Under the pieces are notes generated by a model, which made no database searches, was not told the origin of the DNA, and saw only the letters and a program-made list of their open reading frames with translations. The position numbers were made by a program, and so were the translations under genes. Shown piece after piece: positions 46,680 through 49,155 of a stretch of 49,155 nt of DNA; the first letter of the stretch is position 1, and every line of letters begins with the position of its first letter. This stretch comes from Bacillota bacterium (GTDB taxonomy: Bacteria; Bacillota; SHA-98; UBA4971), in the NCBI GenBank assembly GCA_040752635.1, contig JBFMGS010000008.1, forward strand, positions 4,700-53,854. The letters run 5' to 3'.

Positions 46680-48710
46680 ATGAGGATTGCCAAGGCCCCC
46701 AGGATCTTCAGACTAACACCTCGCATGGCGCTGGGTGTCTTACTGACCACGCTTCTCTTATGGCCTCCAGCCTCGACAGTTGCCCAGGAGGCGCAACCCG
46801 AGAAGGTGGTCTTTTCGGATGACTTCGAATCAGGTGATACCTGGGATTGGTGGACAAACGGCAAGAACGGGAACAAGTCCATTACCACCGCCAACGTCCA
46901 CAGCGGGAAACAGGCGCTCTTGGGGCGCGCCTCGGCTAATCCCAGTCAGCCAGAGGTAGGGCTCGCGTTCATCAAGAACTTCCATTTTACTGAGCAGGAG
47001 TCAGCGCTCGACTTCTGGTTTTATGCAGGCGGGACGGCGAAATACAAGGCAGTAGTCGTGGAAGCTTTCTCAAAGGAGCACAGTGGCTTTCTCTGGGGCC
47101 CTGTTCCCATGGAGGAGGTCCCGATGGGAAAGTGGACGCACGTCTCCATCCTGTTTTCCGAGATATCGCGACAGCTCAAGGGAGACGAGATTTACCGGTT
47201 CGTGATAAAACCGACGATCGTGCCTGATAGCGGCGACGCCGAATTCATAATAGACGATGTCAAGGTGGTGAGCGGGGTGAAGAAGCCGTTGCACGTGGAA
47301 TGGGTGGAGCCGGGCGATCTCGCGGTCGATGTGTCTACGCGCCCGGTGTTGCAGGTTTTCGTGAACAAACCTCTTGATGCATCCGCCGTCAACTCGACCA
47401 CTGTACGCGTGCAAGACTCTACAGGCCGTGATGTGCCTGTGCTGCTGTACTACTCCCTGGGACAACAGGCGGTTCTGATCTCGCCTCATCATGAGCTGGC
47501 GGCACGTTCGAAGTACACGGTGGTGGTCAAGGGCGGGCCGGAGGGGATCATAGATGAAAACGGCACCAGGCTGCCGGCCGACTATACCTGGTCGTTTATC
47601 ACCGGGGAACGCAAGACGGCGCCGAGGCGACCTGTAGCGACGGCAGGAGCGGCAGGAGCCACGGGAGAGGCTGGGGTACCCGGCAAGGGAGCCGAATCGC
47701 TTGATACCAGGGTGCTGGAGGATATAACGTGGATGGCCCGGCATATCATGGGGTTCCAGAACCCGGATGGCGCCATAGTTCTCGGTGGCGGAGGAAACAG
47801 AGGACGAATCATCCCGTACTTTTCCAACCTCGCCGTGCTGGGACTGTTACGCGCCTATGAGCTGACGCATACCCCGGATTTCCTCACGGCGGCTCGATGC
47901 TGGCTTGAGTGGTATGTAAGGCACATGAACGCGGACGGCACCGTATTCGACTACACCGGCCTCTACCCGGACTACAAGCCCACGGGGGACTACGACTCAA
48001 CAGATTCATATGCGGCGACTTTCGTCCTCGCGGCGTGGAGGTACTACCGGGTAACCGGGAACCGCGATTTTCTCATCCAAATGTATCCCTATGTTGTCAA
48101 GGCGTTTGAGGCCATAGACCTGACATATGGGCGGGATGGACTCACCTTTGCGAAGCCTGGATGGCCTGTGAAATACCTGATGGACAACGCCGAAGTCTGG
48201 CTCGGGCTTGCTGCAGCCTGGAGTATCTCTGCGACGTTGGGAGATATCGCCTACGAGAATCTCTTTGCGTTTCTCGCCGATAAGACCATGGACGGCCTGC
48301 GCAACCAGTTCTGGCTGACCGACGAAGGCTATTATGCGATGTCGATCAGCGCTGACGGGACGAGATACACCAAGATGGACACGTGGTACCCCGATGCGCT
48401 TTCCAACATCCTCTTCCTGGCTGTAGCCGGAAGCAGGGACAACTCCCTGGACCGCGATATCTTTGACATGCTTTATGACCGGTTTTATGTGAAGCAGCGC
48501 AAGCCGATGCCATCTGGAATCGTCGATAACCCCCAGTATCTTTGGTGGGCTATGGCCGCCTACCAGGTAGGCAGGGACCAGGCTGCCACACGCCTCATCG
48601 AGGAATTCGCAAAGCGCGAGGGGATGCGCAATAAGGAGACGCTCCCTGTGAGCGCGGGCCATCTCATCCGGGTGCTTGCCTTCCCGCTCGACCGGTCGCT
48701 GTGGTTTTGA
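46680..48710 (+). CDS. Secreted multidomain protein: carbohydrate-binding-like domain + Ig-like domain + (alpha/alpha)6 glycosidase-like domain
   Basis: AGGAGG RBS before ATG 46680; signal peptide to ..STVA; DDFESG...IDDVKV jelly-roll pattern; Big_5-like (ISPHHEL...YTVVV...DYTWSFITG); helical C-terminal domain with DSTDSYAATF and YLMDNAEV. No family assignment is possible by eye. Confidence 0.65.
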   Translation: MRIAKAPRIFRLTPRMALGVLLTTLLLWPPASTVAQEAQPEKVVFSDDFESGDTWDWWTNGKNGNKSITTANVHSGKQALLGRASANPSQPEVGLAFIKNFHFTEQESALDFWFYAGGTAKYKAVVVEAFSKEHSGFLWGPVPMEEVPMGKWTHVSILFSEISRQLKGDEIYRFVIKPTIVPDSGDAEFIIDDVKVVSGVKKPLHVEWVEPGDLAVDVSTRPVLQVFVNKPLDASAVNSTTVRVQDSTGRDVPVLLYYSLGQQAVLISPHHELAARSKYTVVVKGGPEGIIDENGTRLPADYTWSFITGERKTAPRRPVATAGAAGATGEAGVPGKGAESLDTRVLEDITWMARHIMGFQNPDGAIVLGGGGNRGRIIPYFSNLAVLGLLRAYELTHTPDFLTAARCWLEWYVRHMNADGTVFDYTGLYPDYKPTGDYDSTDSYAATFVLAAWRYYRVTGNRDFLIQMYPYVVKAFEAIDLTYGRDGLTFAKPGWPVKYLMDNAEVWLGLAAAWSISATLGDIAYENLFAFLADKTMDGLRNQFWLTDEGYYAMSISADGTRYTKMDTWYPDALSNILFLAVAGSRDNSLDRDIFDMLYDRFYVKQRKPMPSGIVDNPQYLWWAMAAYQVGRDQAATRLIEEFAKREGMRNKETLPVSAGHLIRVLAFPLDRSLWF

Positions 48711-48813
48711 CGACCGAGCATTGCCGCCGGCCGGGAGGCAAGGCTTTGCACCCCGGAGCGGGGACACCCCTTTTCGAGATGGGCGAGATCGGCAGCACCT
48801 GCCTCCTGCAGCT

Positions 48814-48862
48814 CGTAACCTGTGGCCCGCAGACCGTAGCCTGTGGTCTGTAGCCTGTGGGC
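48814..48862. repeat. Degenerate heptamer tandem repeat (7 x YGTRGCC)
   Basis: CGTAACC TGTGGCC CGCAGAC CGTAGCC TGTGGTC TGTAGCC TGTGGGC. Confidence 0.7.
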
Positions 48863-49024
48863 ACGGGGAGGCATGTCCGAGGGCAGGCCTTGTAGCGGAA
48901 CCGGAGAAGAGCATTTCGCCTGCGGGGGAACCCCGAGCGCGAGCACCGACGACCCTGTCCGGAGGTCGCACAGTGAAGAACTGCATGGATTTACGCTTAT
49001 CAACTTAGGAGGAAAAAGAGGCCG

Positions 49025-49155
49025 ATGCTACCGGAACAGAGACGCCGCGACATTCTAGCTCTCGTAAAGCAGCATGGAGCAATCACCGTACTTGAACTGA
49101 AAGAACAACTGAACGTTACCGCAGCTACCATCCGTAAGGATCTGGCGGATCTGGA
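49025..49155 (+). CDS. 5' end of a DeoR/GlpR-family regulator (partial)
   Basis: TTAGGAGG RBS; MLPEQRRRDILALVKQHGAITVLELKEQLNVTAATIRKDLADL, the classic DeoR HTH. Confidence 0.9.
   Translation, partial: MLPEQRRRDILALVKQHGAITVLELKEQLNVTAATIRKDLADL

Noticed and set aside
48006-48986. 326-aa minus-strand ORF
   Set aside because: Mostly antisense to the glycosidase-like gene and the repeat region, with no domain signature.
1-49155. CRISPR array, tRNA/rRNA, transposase or integrase
   Set aside because: No repeat-spacer periodicity, cloverleaf or DDE/tyrosine-recombinase motifs were seen by eye; tRNAscan/cmscan would be needed to exclude small RNAs.

Overview
A GC-rich window from a spore-forming Bacillota. 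The evidence is three alpha/beta SASP genes and a GlnR-like regulator with its box. All three ABC solute-binding proteins lack a lipobox, which hints at a diderm lineage. 1-10 kb holds housekeeping and sporulation genes: GlnR/TnrA-like MerR, a tiny XRE protein missed by the ORF track, EamA, Amidase_6, CoA-disulfide reductase-rhodanese, a PHP phosphatase, a chromate transporter pair and three C-terminally extended SASPs. 10.3-20.7 kb (minus strand) is a complete sugar-phosphate-utilisation (SPU)-type bacterial microcompartment locus: acylating aldehyde dehydrogenase, PduL, RpiB with Asp at the usual catalytic Cys, PduS/PduT, 2 BMC-H, 3 BMC-P, and a DeoC fused to an encapsulation peptide, a flavoprotein domain and a Cys4 module. 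Upstream lie three tandem SorC/DeoR(Bs)-type regulators, a ribose-type ABC importer, an FGGY pentulose kinase and two Zn polyol dehydrogenases. A shared tandem GCAC-N4-GTGC palindrome sits upstream of both the BMC genes and the dehydrogenase-kinase-importer genes. 33-49 kb holds a LacI-associated CUT1 ABC/ribokinase/ureidoglycolate-lyase-like cluster, a divergent ATPase-less ABC operon with a secreted multidomain six-hairpin glycosidase-like protein, and the start of a DeoR/GlpR regulator. I saw no rRNA, tRNA, CRISPR array or intact IS element. All calls are by-eye motif recognition; no database searches were run.
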